From NCBI GenBank assembly GCA_046563655.1, contig CM102287.1, positions 4,526,001 to 4,590,000 of the forward strand: a DNA stretch of 64,000 bases. Direction: 5' to 3'. The notes beneath the pieces are model-generated. The model saw nothing but the letters and a program-made list of their open reading frames with translations. It searched no databases and was not told the origin of the DNA. The stretch's first letter is position 1, and every line of letters begins with the position of its first letter. Made by a program: the position numbers and the translations under genes. This stretch comes from Yuukianura sp. NJ FZ-2021 (lineage: Eukaryota). Shown one piece after another: positions 26,672-38,381 of this stretch.

Positions 26672-28107
26672 AACTTTTCAACAAAAGATGACAATGTTCG
26701 ATAGACTGATCCAACAAGAACGTTTGCATCACTAGTGCCCCAAAATCCTACAAAGCAGACATGACGCAAAAATCGCTGAACCCGGAGACGCTTCAGTACT
26801 TTTTATAAAAGAAAAAACGATTTATGACTTTTTTTTTAAATCTCTATCAAATGTGTGAAATCTGTGTCAATAAAAGCCGTTACGAAACTGCCACGTCGCC
26901 AGCCCAAATCCTCCCCCCTCTGCGGACCTCGTCGTGAGCTTTCCATCACAACTCACAACCGCCAATTTTTAAACAGAAATTTTAAACATGAAAGCGTTTT
27001 ATCTGTGAGCGGGCGGGTAACGAAACGTAACTTTGTCAACCAAAATGTTTCCCACCGCAGCAGTGTAACTAAATTTCGAGTGGCGTCGAACCTTACCGTA
27101 GTTCACACGACTTGATCCGTCTGTTTTACTGTCATTTTTTCCTTCCTTGACCTTTGACCTTGTGACTTTTGACTCTACATTTTAACAAGAGCTGAACGAA
27201 CAAACGCCACTTTTAAAAAATCCGCCTGTCCGAACTGCTCTGGTCAAAAGCGAATCTAACTTCTGGATCTTCTGGAAGAAACCACGCGGCTGGAAGCGGC
27301 GTGACTCAGCCGCTGTCACACCTTACATAAGCCAGGAACTTATGCCGAGGTGTGAAAGAGATTAATGAAATCCGTGACTAATTAATTGATGTAGGATGAT
27401 TAATTGGTGTGACTGATGAGTTTGTTCCAGATTGAAAGTCTGAGTGTGACTCTATTTTTCCAGGAGGGGGATACAGAGATGGCTTCTGGAATCTCCAGTG
27501 AGTAGGAAGATCCTTGCACTGAAAAGCCAGTAGCACCTGTACAGGTGCTGAAAGCGATCTAAAAGCCACAGTTTGAGTAGAGAACACAATAGAAACAAGA
27601 TTCAATTCATCTATTTACCTTTGGATCCAATCAACGACCTACTTTACACTTGTCTTCAACAAACCACTCACGTACAAAAACTTACATTTCAAATCCAACT
27701 GGAAGTATTTGCAGCCAATTGATGAACAATTGGTGGAAAATGGTCCAGGAAGAGCCAAAATCATAAAGATAAAGGCTAGAACCGATTTGTTCCAAACGCT
27801 GATTACACAAAAACTTATCATCAAACTTGCAAACTTTTGCAAACTTTGTCTCTTGTTCTAAAAAAATGAATTGGAAAGAATTGAATTCCAAGTGCAATGC
27901 ACTTTGTGAATTTAAACAATTTCTAAAATGAAAACGTGGCCAATGCAGTTTTAAAGAAGAAATTTTGAAAAATGACCAATTCAGTTTTGAATTTGAACAA
28001 TTTGGAAAAAAAAAGAGTGAATTTAATAAAAACAAAGGTTTATGTGCTACGACTAGAGATTTTTTTTTGGGTTTGGACGATGGCGGTAGAGCAGGTCAAC
28101 ATAGGGG

Positions 28108-30127
28108 TCACCCGTAAAATGGAAAAAGGTCAATGACCTTAGGATTTTCTTCGGAGAGGTCAGAGGTCAGCGACTTCAGAATTTTTCTGGAGACAGGTCT
28201 TCGGTTTTATTTAAGTTGGAGTCGACGCTATCCGTTTCAGTATAAGATTTCCGACTTTCACTTGTGTCGGAAGCAACAATCGGTAAATTGGGATCGACGT
28301 CTTCGCGTTTCCGAAAGAATGCAAGAAATCTGGAAGAAATTTTAAGCGTTTTGTTGAGACAGAAAATTTTTGATTTTTGAGAGTTTTGAAAAGATTTACG
28401 TGAAGACGAGAAGCGCTGGAATTGTTACTGCCGCTGAGAATAAAAAGAAGGCTCCTGGAAGCGTGTACAGTGTTGCACTGTAAATGGCATTGTAAATTGG
28501 AGACGCTGGAAGTGGAGCGATTGTGTCCAGCGTTCCTACTACTGAATTGACCTTCCCTGTCTCATGTCTTGGAATGATTTTGGATATCATTGACCTCGAA
28601 GCGATGATCATCGTACCGTTGAGGATGTCCACTAGTGGAGCTGTTCCAAATAAAAAATCAGCGATTATTTTGAAATCAGCGATTAAATATTAACTCTCGA
28701 TAGGTTAGGAGTTTCTAAGTTACCTAAATACATCATCCAGTCTCTGTCAGCGAAGCAGTAAATGAAGCTTGAAGCGATTTGACTGATGGACGACAGTACA
28801 CCGATGATGGCGTCTGAGAGCTTCATGCCTTTAGACAGCAATCCGACACTCGTCACTCCTCCAATAAAAGCAATGATCATTCTATACGTATTGTAGTAGC
28901 CGAAGATCGCAGCGTTCCAGCCCAACTGCGCTCTTGTGAAGTTGTAGATGATACTTTCTTCAGCTAACCACGAAGGAATTGATATTAGTATTAGTTAAGT
29001 TAATTGATTAAGTAAATTAAGTGACTACTAATTGATAGCTTTACCTTGCATTGGCATCATGGTGGACAATAAGGCAATGACCAATAGGAACAGTCGAGCA
29101 CGGTCGCCATTTTTACGTTTTCGGACAAACGCTGCCGCGGAGTCTTTGAGATGTCCCAGGTCAAAAACGTCTTTGAACGCTTCCCATTTCGTTTTGTCTT
29201 TCGTCTTTTCCTTGTCTCGTGTGTCCTGGATTGTAAACATTGCCCAGACAAGGCCAAAGATATCCAGTGCTCCAGCGGCACCGAAGATTGCATAATAGCC
29301 CAGTCCTGCCCGTGACATTTCACCTCCAAGGGCCGACCCAAGAGACTTTCCAAACGTTCTGACAGCAGTGGCCATGCCCATCTTCAGCGTTCGATCTGCA
29401 ATTGAGGTGGTGTCGGCAACGTAACTGTAGATGACCATACTGATGGCTGTTCTGGATCCAGTGAGGGCCACTGGAAGTGACGACAAGAGAACGACAGTCT
29501 CGCAGTTCCAAGATTCAAAATAGGTGGCCATGATCAAGAGGATGTATCGAACGATGTATCCAAAGATGGAGCAGAGGTATGGAATCTTCCGACCGTAAGT
29601 GTCACTGTAAGAAGAATCGTTAGGTAAGTAATTAGTTAATTGTGGCATTAAATTGTATTTTAGATTTGTAGACTCCAGTACCTCCAGGCTCCAAGGAACA
29701 AAACGTAGAGAATCGGAAACGAATTGTCGATAACCGAACTCCAAATCTTTATGTCGGAAACAACTTTCTGAGCAGCCTTTTCCTCATCGGTCCTAAGAAC
29801 AGGAAGTAATCGAGGATTAACATTAGTTCACTTTGTAATCAATTAGTTTCTGGAGGTGGATAAGGTGAGTGACCTCTTGACTTACAACTCTTCACCCCTT
29901 TCCTTGTTAATAAGATCCGTACAGAAGGTTTCATTGTACCCCAAGTTGACATTACAGGCCTTGTACAGCATGAGATTGGACAGAAGAAGGTTACCCATGA
30001 ACGACGCTGTCATGTGGACCAGCAGCGATGGCTCAATCGTAATTAGTCCAGCGATTCGTTTTGTCTTGGACCAAGGTGTCGATTTGGGTCGCGATTCACC
30101 CCCATTTGAGTACTTACTTTCTCCCAT
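28108..30127 (-). CDS. SLC46/proton-coupled folate transporter-like MFS protein, multi-exon
   Basis: ITIEPSLL...LYKACNVNLGYNETFC, YSDTYGRK, YSYVADTT..RTLKMG, RSMISKII...ETGKV and PIYNAIYSATL..LPGAFF, with many hydrophobic helices. The last exon was read by hand to TGA at 28110-28108. Confidence 0.85.
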
Positions 30128-31201
30128 TTAAAAATTCGTTAATTTTTCCTACTGAAAAAGCTCTAAATTTTCACAGTTATCCGGAACCGATAATTTGCCT
30201 TTGGAGTCCAAATAAGTTTGGACAACTAATTTTTTGTTTTTGATTTTTTACAACCGATTAGCGTTGCTGTTATTTTGACTGAAAATTGTTTGAGTCCTGA
30301 CAAATCGCAATCGGGATTTTTCTGGACTACGATTTTCCAGCCACTGTCGATTCCCTCGACAAAGGACAAAGGAAATTCGTAAAAACAAAGTAAAACTCTT
30401 AAATAATTTGTAGTTAATCACAATCAGTGTCTACGTGATACCACAATCACACTAATCAGCGCTAATTCTTATAATTCCAGGTCTGGAGTACTTAATCTCA
30501 CCGCCAGATGCAAGCGTGCAAACTCAAAGCGTCGGGGTCAGGTTTAATGACGGGGTCAAGTTATGCTGAAAGCTGAATCAAGTTAAACATCTCACAATGG
30601 TTTTTTTATACAATGTCTGCTCCTGGACCACCTCGGGCAAGAGTCGTGGACAATACCATAATGCTTCATCATGCCCGCAATTTAAAAAATGTAAGCTAAT
30701 CATGATGAAAGCTAAACATATTCAAGTTGGTAGCGATTTGACCGGTTTAGACGACCAACGTCACTTATTAAGTCAGTTTTTCTAGATTTGGTCCAGTTGA
30801 GGTGACATGAATCCATGTTCAATCCGAATCCAGTCGTCAATCGTCATTGTCGACGCTTCAATTGTCCCGGATGCAAAGCAGGACAGAGGGATGAAACTGG
30901 AAGGTGTAAATCAGCACTAAATGATGATAAAAGCTAATTAATTGACAAGACTTGGACAACGACGATGACAGTGAGGTAAGCAGCTTGCAGTGGCGACAGT
31001 AGCCGGTTTTCATTGCCAGTAATTTCTACGTCGCTGGGACAAGGTATGACAACTACCGTCATTCAGCTACTTTTAAAAGTCAAATCTTGTCATCTGAAAA
31101 TGTCAAACCAGAAGTTCCAGAATAAAAGATTCCTTTTTATTGCAGATTCTATTCGTGGAAGATTTCTGCAACTGATAAATGAACTGAATTCCTGACACGG
31201 C

Positions 31202-31589
31202 TGTAACGTCGCACGCTACGGAAAACACTGAAAAATGGCCTCAGCCACGCCTCTCCTCAGACTCCGTCACTGAGTCTACAGACTCATGCCCAGTGAAACG
31301 ACAATAACCTCTGCAGAACTCCCGTGAACACTGATCAGCGTAAATAAATATATATCATATATTTATTCGCTGATAAATAAAATATATACAAAAATAAACT
31401 GCTCGTGGCAGAAACACCATACTCTAATATGCTCTCTGAGCGTAAACCAAATCCAGACTGAGCTCTAAGCTCACACTACACACTAAACTATACACGACAC
31501 GCTCGCTCTCAAATCTCCCTCCTCTAACTCTCTGCGTCTCACTCTAACCTAAACCCTAAACCCTACGTGGCGGGAACCGGGGCACTTCA
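31202..31589 (-). repeat. 3' LTR
   Basis: TGTAACG...CACTTCA on the + strand; no differences from 34144-34531 seen by eye. Confidence 0.97.
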
Positions 31590-32679
31590 CCTTCCCCTCT
31601 CGAAGGAACGGCACGGCGGGGATAACCTCGTCTGGCGTTCCAAAACTGCCGAGTGAGCCCGGTTGCCTCTGATCTCCTCTTCTCCGGTCGCCATTTCCAG
31701 CGTCACCAGCGTCATCATCATCCTCATCGTCGTCATCATCACCAGCGGAGTCTTCATCATTGCTCCCGTCATCTGAATCGGAGTAGTCCTCGTGGAACCC
31801 GTCATCGTCGTCGGAGTCTTCATCTCTGAATTTTGGCCAACTTTTTGACCTAATCGAAGCCAACGCATTGGCTCCCTTCGAGTTAAACAAGTTCATGGCT
31901 CCACCCTCCTTCACTTTACGGGACAGTGAGACCCACCAGCCATAACTTTGTACTTCATCTGAAACGCTCAAAGCGATTCCTTTCATCAAAACATTTCCTG
32001 TTTTCCTCTGAATCTCGCTCCTAGCCATTCCTACTAGCACAGCGATGGCTTCTTCTTCCTTCATCAGCTCGCCATTTGGAGCTTGAGTAACACTGCGAGC
32101 TAGTACTCGTGTGAGACCTTCCCAGTGCTCTCTATTTTCTTCTTTCTTCTGTTCATCTTCTAGAGCTAGAGTAACGCTGAGAGCTAGTACTCTTGTGAGA
32201 CCTTCCCAGCGCTCTCTGGAGGAACGTCGGATGATTGAGGCCTCGTTTCCGTACGTCTCTCCGAATGTGGATCCCGCAGTCTCCATCATTCTTCTTAAAG
32301 CCAACTTCATGGCTTTCTGCATTAGGATACCAACTTCTTGGCCATCCTCTTCGTTTTTCTTTTTCTGGATCCTCGGAGTGATGAAGGAAAGTACGGCCAG
32401 TGCACGTGACCAGTATCTGCCTTCGGGGGAGTGGTGACCATAATCACAATCTTCATCTTCTGACACTGAACTCCATGAGAACGCGTCCGCTTCCACAGAA
32501 ATCCAGACATCTTGATGTCTAACTCCCCATAACTTAATCTCCGGATCCTCCACCATCACTTCATTTAAGTTGCTACAACGCAACTCCTTCCCACTACTAC
32601 GTCCACAATGAACCACTTCGTCCCTTTTTAAATTTTGATTAGGGTGAATGATGGACGAACTGTCATTCCCCTGCTTCAG
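31549..32679 (-). CDS. ORF2 of the LTR element (-1 frame relative to gag); unknown product
   Basis: Frame is open from the slippery site (LKQGNDSSIIHPNQNLKRDEVVHCGRSS...) to the stop at 31549, 376 aa. No DTG/DSG, YxDD, RNase H or integrase HHCC/DDE motif is recognisable. Confidence 0.65.
   Translation of the reverse strand: MKQGNDSSSIIHPNQNLKRDEVVHCGRSSGKELRCSNLNEVMVEDPEIKLWGVRHQDVWISVEADAFSWSSVSEDEDCDYGHHSPEGRYWSRALAVLSFITPRIQKKKNEEDGQEVGILMQKAMKLALRRMMETAGSTFGETYGNEASIIRRSSRERWEGLTRVLALSVTLALEDEQKKEENREHWEGLTRVLARSVTQAPNGELMKEEEAIAVLVGMARSEIQRKTGNVLMKGIALSVSDEVQSYGWWVSLSRKVKEGGAMNLFNSKGANALASIRSKSWPKFRDEDSDDDDGFHEDYSDSDDGSNDEDSAGDDDDDEDDDDAGDAGNGDRRRGDQRQPGSLGSFGTPDEVIPAVPFLREGKVKCPGSRHVGFRV
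31590..31600 (-). other. Polypurine tract
   Basis: AGAGGGGAAGG immediately 5' of the 3' LTR on the minus strand. Confidence 0.88.
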
Positions 32680-32685
32680 TTTAAA
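32617..32685 (-). promoter_or_regulatory. Programmed -1 ribosomal frameshift signal (slippery heptamer plus pseudoknot)
   Basis: T TTA AAC (32685-32679), 6-nt spacer, stem 1 AGGGGAATGA/TCATTC(A)CCCT, and loop TTCGTCC pairing with GGACGAA 17 nt after stem 1. Confidence 0.8.
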
Positions 32686-33842
32686 TAATTTGAAGCATGT
32701 CCAGCGTCTCCATACTCTCCGTACGCTTCCCCAAAATCATCATCTTCTGGAGCTTCCTCGGAAACTCTCCTTCCGAAAGATCCAAGTGCCCAATCCACTG
32801 GCGTAGGACACTGATACTGTTTATGGCCACGCCCACCACATCTGTAGCAGTAGACGCCATCTGCATGTCTATTCCTGTTCTGACCTCTGTCTGAGTCATG
32901 ACCTTGACTCCTCTTGCCACGTGGAGGCATCTCAATTTCACCTCGCCCTCCACTGTCTTCGATTTCCACTTCTGCTTCTTGACCTTTACAGCACAAGGTC
33001 ACTTCATCCTCATCTTCAACCTCATTGGAGTCAATTTCCTTGACTCCCTGCTCATTTCCCTCTTTTTCATCTGATACTGTTTCCTTTTCAGTATCACTGT
33101 CATCTTTCTCCTCTTCAGTTACCTTCACAATCGGAGGTAATTGATTTTTAATTTTATACATCTCATCCTCAGCACATAAATTAGAGTGTGCCACTCTGCA
33201 CGCTACGAATAATGACTCAACAGTATCGTAACTGTTGGTTCCCAATGCTGTCCGTAGCCTTGGGTATAGAGCAAGCCTTGCTCTCAACACTGAGTCAGCC
33301 TCTGACTCACTCGGATAAATTAATCTTGAACAACGCACCATATCATAAATGAAATGTTCAACTGGTTCAGTTACTTGCTGAACCCTCGTGTGCAAAAGAC
33401 GTGTGCGCTCGGCCACGTCGATCCAATTATCATACCGATTGGTAAATTGGATTTTGAAGTCATCCCAGTCTGTACATGTCAATAGGATATGATCCAGCCA
33501 TGGATGCACATCAGACGGTAACACCGTCTTAATCAAATAGAGATACTGTGTGTCAGCATGTCCTTGAGCAGAAAAATATCTCTCTACCTCCACGAGGTAG
33601 CCTGCTGCTGACATCTTCTTCGTATCAAATTTGGGTGGTGGTAGTTTAGATGAGAGGGACGTGAACTTCACGTTCTTTAATGCATTGATCAACGCCTGAG
33701 TCTGGTCCGCCCCTCCTCCTGGAGACACCGCAGCGACTCCCTCTTCAATTTTTGGAACTAACCTCTGTTCCACGCCGCGCACGGCTTTAGCCACCGCAGT
33801 AGCTACTAATCGATCAATATCCTCTTTTGTATATGTCGTCAT
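32676..33842 (-). CDS. gag: Ty3/gypsy-type Gag (capsid plus CCHC zinc knuckle)
   Basis: PPKFD...YLVEVERYF...W...DWDDFKIQFTNRY...Q...EPVEHFIYDM (retrotransposon capsid pattern) and CYRCGGRGHKQYQCP (CX2CX4HX4C). Confidence 0.92.
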   Translation of the reverse strand: MTTYTKEDIDRLVATAVAKAVRGVEQRLVPKIEEGVAAVSPGGGADQTQALINALKNVKFTSLSSKLPPPKFDTKKMSAAGYLVEVERYFSAQGHADTQYLYLIKTVLPSDVHPWLDHILLTCTDWDDFKIQFTNRYDNWIDVAERTRLLHTRVQQVTEPVEHFIYDMVRCSRLIYPSESEADSVLRARLALYPRLRTALGTNSYDTVESLFVACRVAHSNLCAEDEMYKIKNQLPPIVKVTEEEKDDSDTEKETVSDEKEGNEQGVKEIDSNEVEDEDEVTLCCKGQEAEVEIEDSGGRGEIEMPPRGKRSQGHDSDRGQNRNRHADGVYCYRCGGRGHKQYQCPTPVDWALGSFGRRVSEEAPEDDDFGEAYGEYGDAGHASNYLN

Positions 33843-34131
33843 GGCACTAGCACTGGCAGATGCTTGTACTACTGTAACTGATGAAGGAGAGACACTGGAT
33901 GCGTGTCTACTTCTTAAATTATGACCTTCAATGTCCGGAGAAAGACTTCTGTCTTATGAACTTGAGTGAGCCACCACGGTGGCATAATAATCAATTAGGG
34001 AGCTGTGTGGAACGGCTCCGTTACGTAATGTAGAGAGAAAGTTACCACGGCAACTTTGTAATTTCACAATTTTTTATGTCACTCGACCCATGACCTCTTC
34101 ACTCGAATGTCGTCACTGTAAGCACTCACAA

Positions 34132-34141
34132 ACGGTCGCCA
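34132..34141 (-). other. Primer binding site
   Basis: TGGCGACCGT, 2 nt after the 5' LTR, is complementary to a tRNA 3' end ...ACGGTCGCCA. As recalled, this is the tRNA-Arg type PBS of 412/mdg1-group elements. Confidence 0.8.
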
Positions 34142-34143
34142 TC

Positions 34144-34531
34144 TGTAACGTCGCACGCTACGGAAAACACTGAAAAATGGCCTCAGCCACGCCTCTCCTC
34201 AGACTCCGTCACTGAGTCTACAGACTCATGCCCAGTGAAACGACAATAACCTCTGCAGAACTCCCGTGAACACTGATCAGCGTAAATAAATATATATCAT
34301 ATATTTATTCGCTGATAAATAAAATATATACAAAAATAAACTGCTCGTGGCAGAAACACCATACTCTAATATGCTCTCTGAGCGTAAACCAAATCCAGAC
34401 TGAGCTCTAAGCTCACACTACACACTAAACTATACACGACACGCTCGCTCTCAAATCTCCCTCCTCTAACTCTCTGCGTCTCACTCTAACCTAAACCCTA
34501 AACCCTACGTGGCGGGAACCGGGGCACTTCA
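34144..34531 (-). repeat. 5' LTR
   Basis: Direct repeat of 31202-31589 at offset 2942. Confidence 0.97.
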
Positions 34532-35502
34532 CGGCATGATGACGAAGTACGACACACGACGCTCCAGTGTCATGCCAAAATCAAAACCATGACGTGACGC
34601 AACATCTGAGAGCTGAATAGGCAGTAAATCATGCTACGCAGTCTTTCCATTCCTATGTACGCCGCTCTCAAGTGTCACCTTCGACTTGGCCTAGTTTCGC
34701 TTCTTCCTTGACTTTATTTCGGAAGAAGACTCTAGAACACAAGAAGTTACATTTTGGCCCTAATTACATCCGAGAATGGGGAAGAGTCTGGAGGGGTTGG
34801 CACCTCTTTAAGTGTTATTGTTTTGGCATTGGGAAGGCTGACTGACACAGCAGTGATGAGTGGTAAGTTGCAAGTTTATACTTTAGCAAAAAGAGAATGT
34901 TGATTCATCGTGTCTGCCAAAACTTTGCTCTTCTGTGACTGGCTAGATTTGGGGGATGGTGCGACGTCGACGGCCTTTTGTATGCCAACACTAACGATGA
35001 CTGACTCGTTCGCATCAACCAACACACCAACTCGTGATTATTGGGAAGCTCCCGACTCTAGGGCATCCTGACGTGGACCGCGCCGTGATCAATGACTCAA
35101 GATTATGGCCTGACTGTTTCGCAGAACTACGCCTGTGTAAAAACCTAGTAACGCCACGAGGGATCACCAAAGTGGGATGAGTTTGGCCTGTTGTTTCCAT
35201 TGTTATAACTTTACGCTTCATACAACTACACGATTCAATTCATTCTTTCTTTTAGTTCAACAAAAACCGGCGGCAAGAGCACAAGGAACCCGGCAGACAC
35301 TCAAAGCAGTTCAAAACTTGACAGCAACGAGAGCAAGAATCCTCTTCATCATCAATTTAAAGCCGTCCGAGCAGTGGAATCTTTTATAGACAATTAAGTC
35401 TGGTGCGAAGAGAAGAGTCTTCATCAATCTCAAGAAAAGTTAACACTTTTTTGTGCTAAACTGGAGTCGGAGACGAGTGACCTGTCGTCTAATAGACGAG
35501 AC

Positions 35503-38381
35503 ATGTCAGCAACTTCAGCACTTCTAGAAACTGGACATCCAACGGTACCGCAGACCGAGAAGATTGTCCAGAAGAGACAAATGGAACGCCTGCCTTTTGT
35601 TCTTCTTCTGTCTGGACTCATTGCCCTCGTCTTATCCGTCATCCTTGGCTGGGTCCTTGTCCCCAACTACATTCACAATCAAATCCAACAGGTAACCATG
35701 ACAACTCAAAATTTTATGACTCAAAATTGATAAGTTTTGTAAAATTTACAACTTTGACTTTTGTAAAATTGACGTAGTATTTTGGCTTTTTGTAAAATTG
35801 ACGTCTTTTGACTTTTGTAAACTTGATGACTTTTGGGTTCTGTAAAATTGCACGTTTTTACTTTTGTAAAATTCAAATTGACAACTTTTTACTTTCTGTC
35901 AAATTGACAACTTTTTACTTCCGCCAGGGTCATCATATTGATAACTTTTCACTTGTCATCTCTATTTCAATGCCTCCATCTAGCAACTTTGTCAAAACGT
36001 CAAGCGTCGTCAACTGTCAAAAGTGACACTTCACTTGACATTTCGACACAGTTTTGTTTACTTTTCAAAATTGTGTAATTTTAAACCAATGCAATTAATC
36101 AGGTACTGATTGACGGGTTTACAAATTACAAATTAGCGAAAGTTAATCGAAAGTTGCGAAAAACTGTGATAGCGTCTCTTTTCCCACATTTCTGGAAGGC
36201 AATAACGTTTTTTTTTGTGCGAAATTTTCGCAATAAACTTTCTCTCGAGTTATTTGAATTATTTACGAAATTCTCAAGGGAAGGGCATACTACAGGTAGA
36301 AAAAAGTGGCGTGATCTAATTGTCTGGTGATGCCTTACGTCACATCAGTTTATATCCGCAATTTGCTGAGTTTGGATTTACCAAAAACGATTGCAAAAAA
36401 ATAACAACCGTAATTACTGTAATTAAATATGCATTTTTCCCATTTGAAACGTGTTTTACAGCAAGTGCGACTCGAAAATGGAACTACGACGTACAGCAAG
36501 TGGAAGGACATTACCGTTCCCATCTTCATTTCAATACGACTCTTCAATGTTACGAATGCCGACGACGTTGCAGCTCAAGGTCACAAACCAGTTCTGGCAG
36601 AGCGCGGACCCTATGTTTACCAGTAAGCAAATCATCACGGATCTGCTCATGCGCAATAACTTGAAGTCATAATCAATTGGAATTTACCACTTAAATTAAC
36701 AATTAAGTGTCAATTAAACTTTTAATTTTAGGCAGAAACGCGTCAAGACTGATATTGAGTTTGACCTTGATCAGGACACGGTCAGTTCTAGGCAGTTTGT
36801 GACATATCACTTCCGACCTGACATGTCCAATGGAACCGAAGATGACATGATCACTACCCTCAACTTGCCAATTCTGGTGAATTTTTGAAAAATTTTGAAA
36901 AATTTTTGAAAAAACGTTTTTAACTTTTTCGAATTTGAAACAGGGAATTGGGAAGATGGCGCAGAAGGCAAACCATTTCGTCAAGGTCATGCTGAACATG
37001 TATGCTGGAAGGTACGCTGAGACGCCATTTGTGACGAAGAAAGTTGGCGAAATTCTGTTTGACGGCTACTACGTTCCGATGATTGACAACCTTCAGAATG
37101 TGACCAGGAAGGCTATATTGCCCAACAGCACTTTTGGGTATTACTATGGCGTAAGTTCTGCGTGTGAACAACTAAACAACAACAAGTCAATTAAAGTTAA
37201 TTGAAAAGGGGAGGAGCTTAAATGAAAACTTGAATTTGCAGAAGAATGGAACCGATGACGGAGTGTATGAAATTCGAGCAGGAAAGAAGGAACCGTCAAG
37301 ATTTGGGGAAATTGTGTCATGGAATGGAAAGTCCGACTTGAATTGGTGGGGAACTTCAGGGGGCGGAGACTATTGCAACAAGATCAATGGGTCGGACGGA
37401 TCCATTTTTCCGGCATTTGTGAAAAAAGACCGAGTTGTTCGGATTTTCAGTTCCGACTTGTGCCGATCTCTGTACTTGACCTATGAAGATGAAAGTGAGG
37501 TCAAAGGGATTCCTGGGCTGAGATTTGCTGTTCCGAAGAGCATGTTGGCCGATCCGGTAACGAATCAGGACAATCGCTGTTTTTGTACAACTCCGGATCC
37601 AGTTGAGAATTGTCCGAAAGCAGGAGTAATTATGCTATCGGCATGTCGCAATGGTAATTTGCACTCCTGACATGAATCACGCTGATCTTGTAACCTTGTA
37701 TATTCTACTTTTATTTAACCAAACCTAATCTTTGACCTTTGGCATATTGACCTTTGACCTTTTTTAAAATTTCTTTGTGCTTTAGGTGCTCCAATTGTTG
37801 CTTCCACTCCACATTTCTTGGGTAAGTTTTTACTTACAGAAAAAATGCAACTTTTTTGAGAATTTTAGTTTATGAATTTTTTTTTCGATTCGCTTTTTCA
37901 GTTTTTAATTTTGATTTTCAATTGCAGACGGGGATGAAATGTACCTGAACCAATCCGTTGGTCTCTCACCGGACAGAACTCTTCACGAAACGTTTCTGAA
38001 TCTCGAACCGGTACAAATTTTAAAACTCAAAAACCGGTTTTTAGAATTTTTAAACATGAAATTCAATTGCTGTTTTTTTAGAACACGGGTCTAGTTCTGG
38101 AAGGACGAAAACGAATTCAGATCAATGTAGACACATCAGGATCCCACGGGTTGGACATTCTGAAGAATCTTCCGAATCAGCTTTTTCCTATTTTCTGGGT
38201 AGAAGAATCAGCGACTGTCACTGACGAAACAGTGGAAGCACTGGAATCAAAACTCCTATTTTCAATCAATGCGCTGAATATTGGAAAATGGGTATTCGTC
38301 ATCTTCAGTTGTTTCCTCACCATCCTTGGAGTAACAATCTTCTGTCTCAGAACTCGAAGAAAGCAGCGACTTTACCTATAA
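35503..38381 (+). CDS. Scavenger receptor class B / CD36 family protein, multi-exon
   Basis: N- and C-terminal TM helices; RLFNVTNADDV...KPVLAERGPYVY, KKVGEILFDGY, CNKINGSDGSIFP, FSSDLCRSL, NRCFC, GAPIVASTPHF and FPIFWVEE. Confidence 0.95.
35735..35925. repeat. Degenerate AT-rich minisatellite (TTTTGTAAAATTGAC-like units) in CD36 intron 1
   Basis: About 7 imperfect copies at roughly 25-30-nt spacing. Confidence 0.6.

Larger units (their letters stand above)
31202..34531 (-). mobile_element. Non-autonomous Ty3/gypsy-type LTR retrotransposon (Gag plus frameshifted ORF2, no pol), 3330 bp
   Basis: Two 388-bp LTRs with TG..CA ends, TSD CGGC (31198-31201 and 34532-34535), PBS TGGCGACCGT, PPT AGAGGGGAAGG, and gag with a CCHC knuckle. 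Confidence 0.95.

Noticed and set aside
31544..31565. Telomere-like CTAACCTAAACCCTAAACCCTA in the LTR
   Set aside because: Only 2-3 mixed units; too short to imply telomeric origin or targeting.
34533..34616. ATGATGA...CTGA resembling a C/D box snoRNA next to the LTR insertion
   Set aside because: No terminal stem closing the boxes, no recognisable rRNA guide and no evident host intron.
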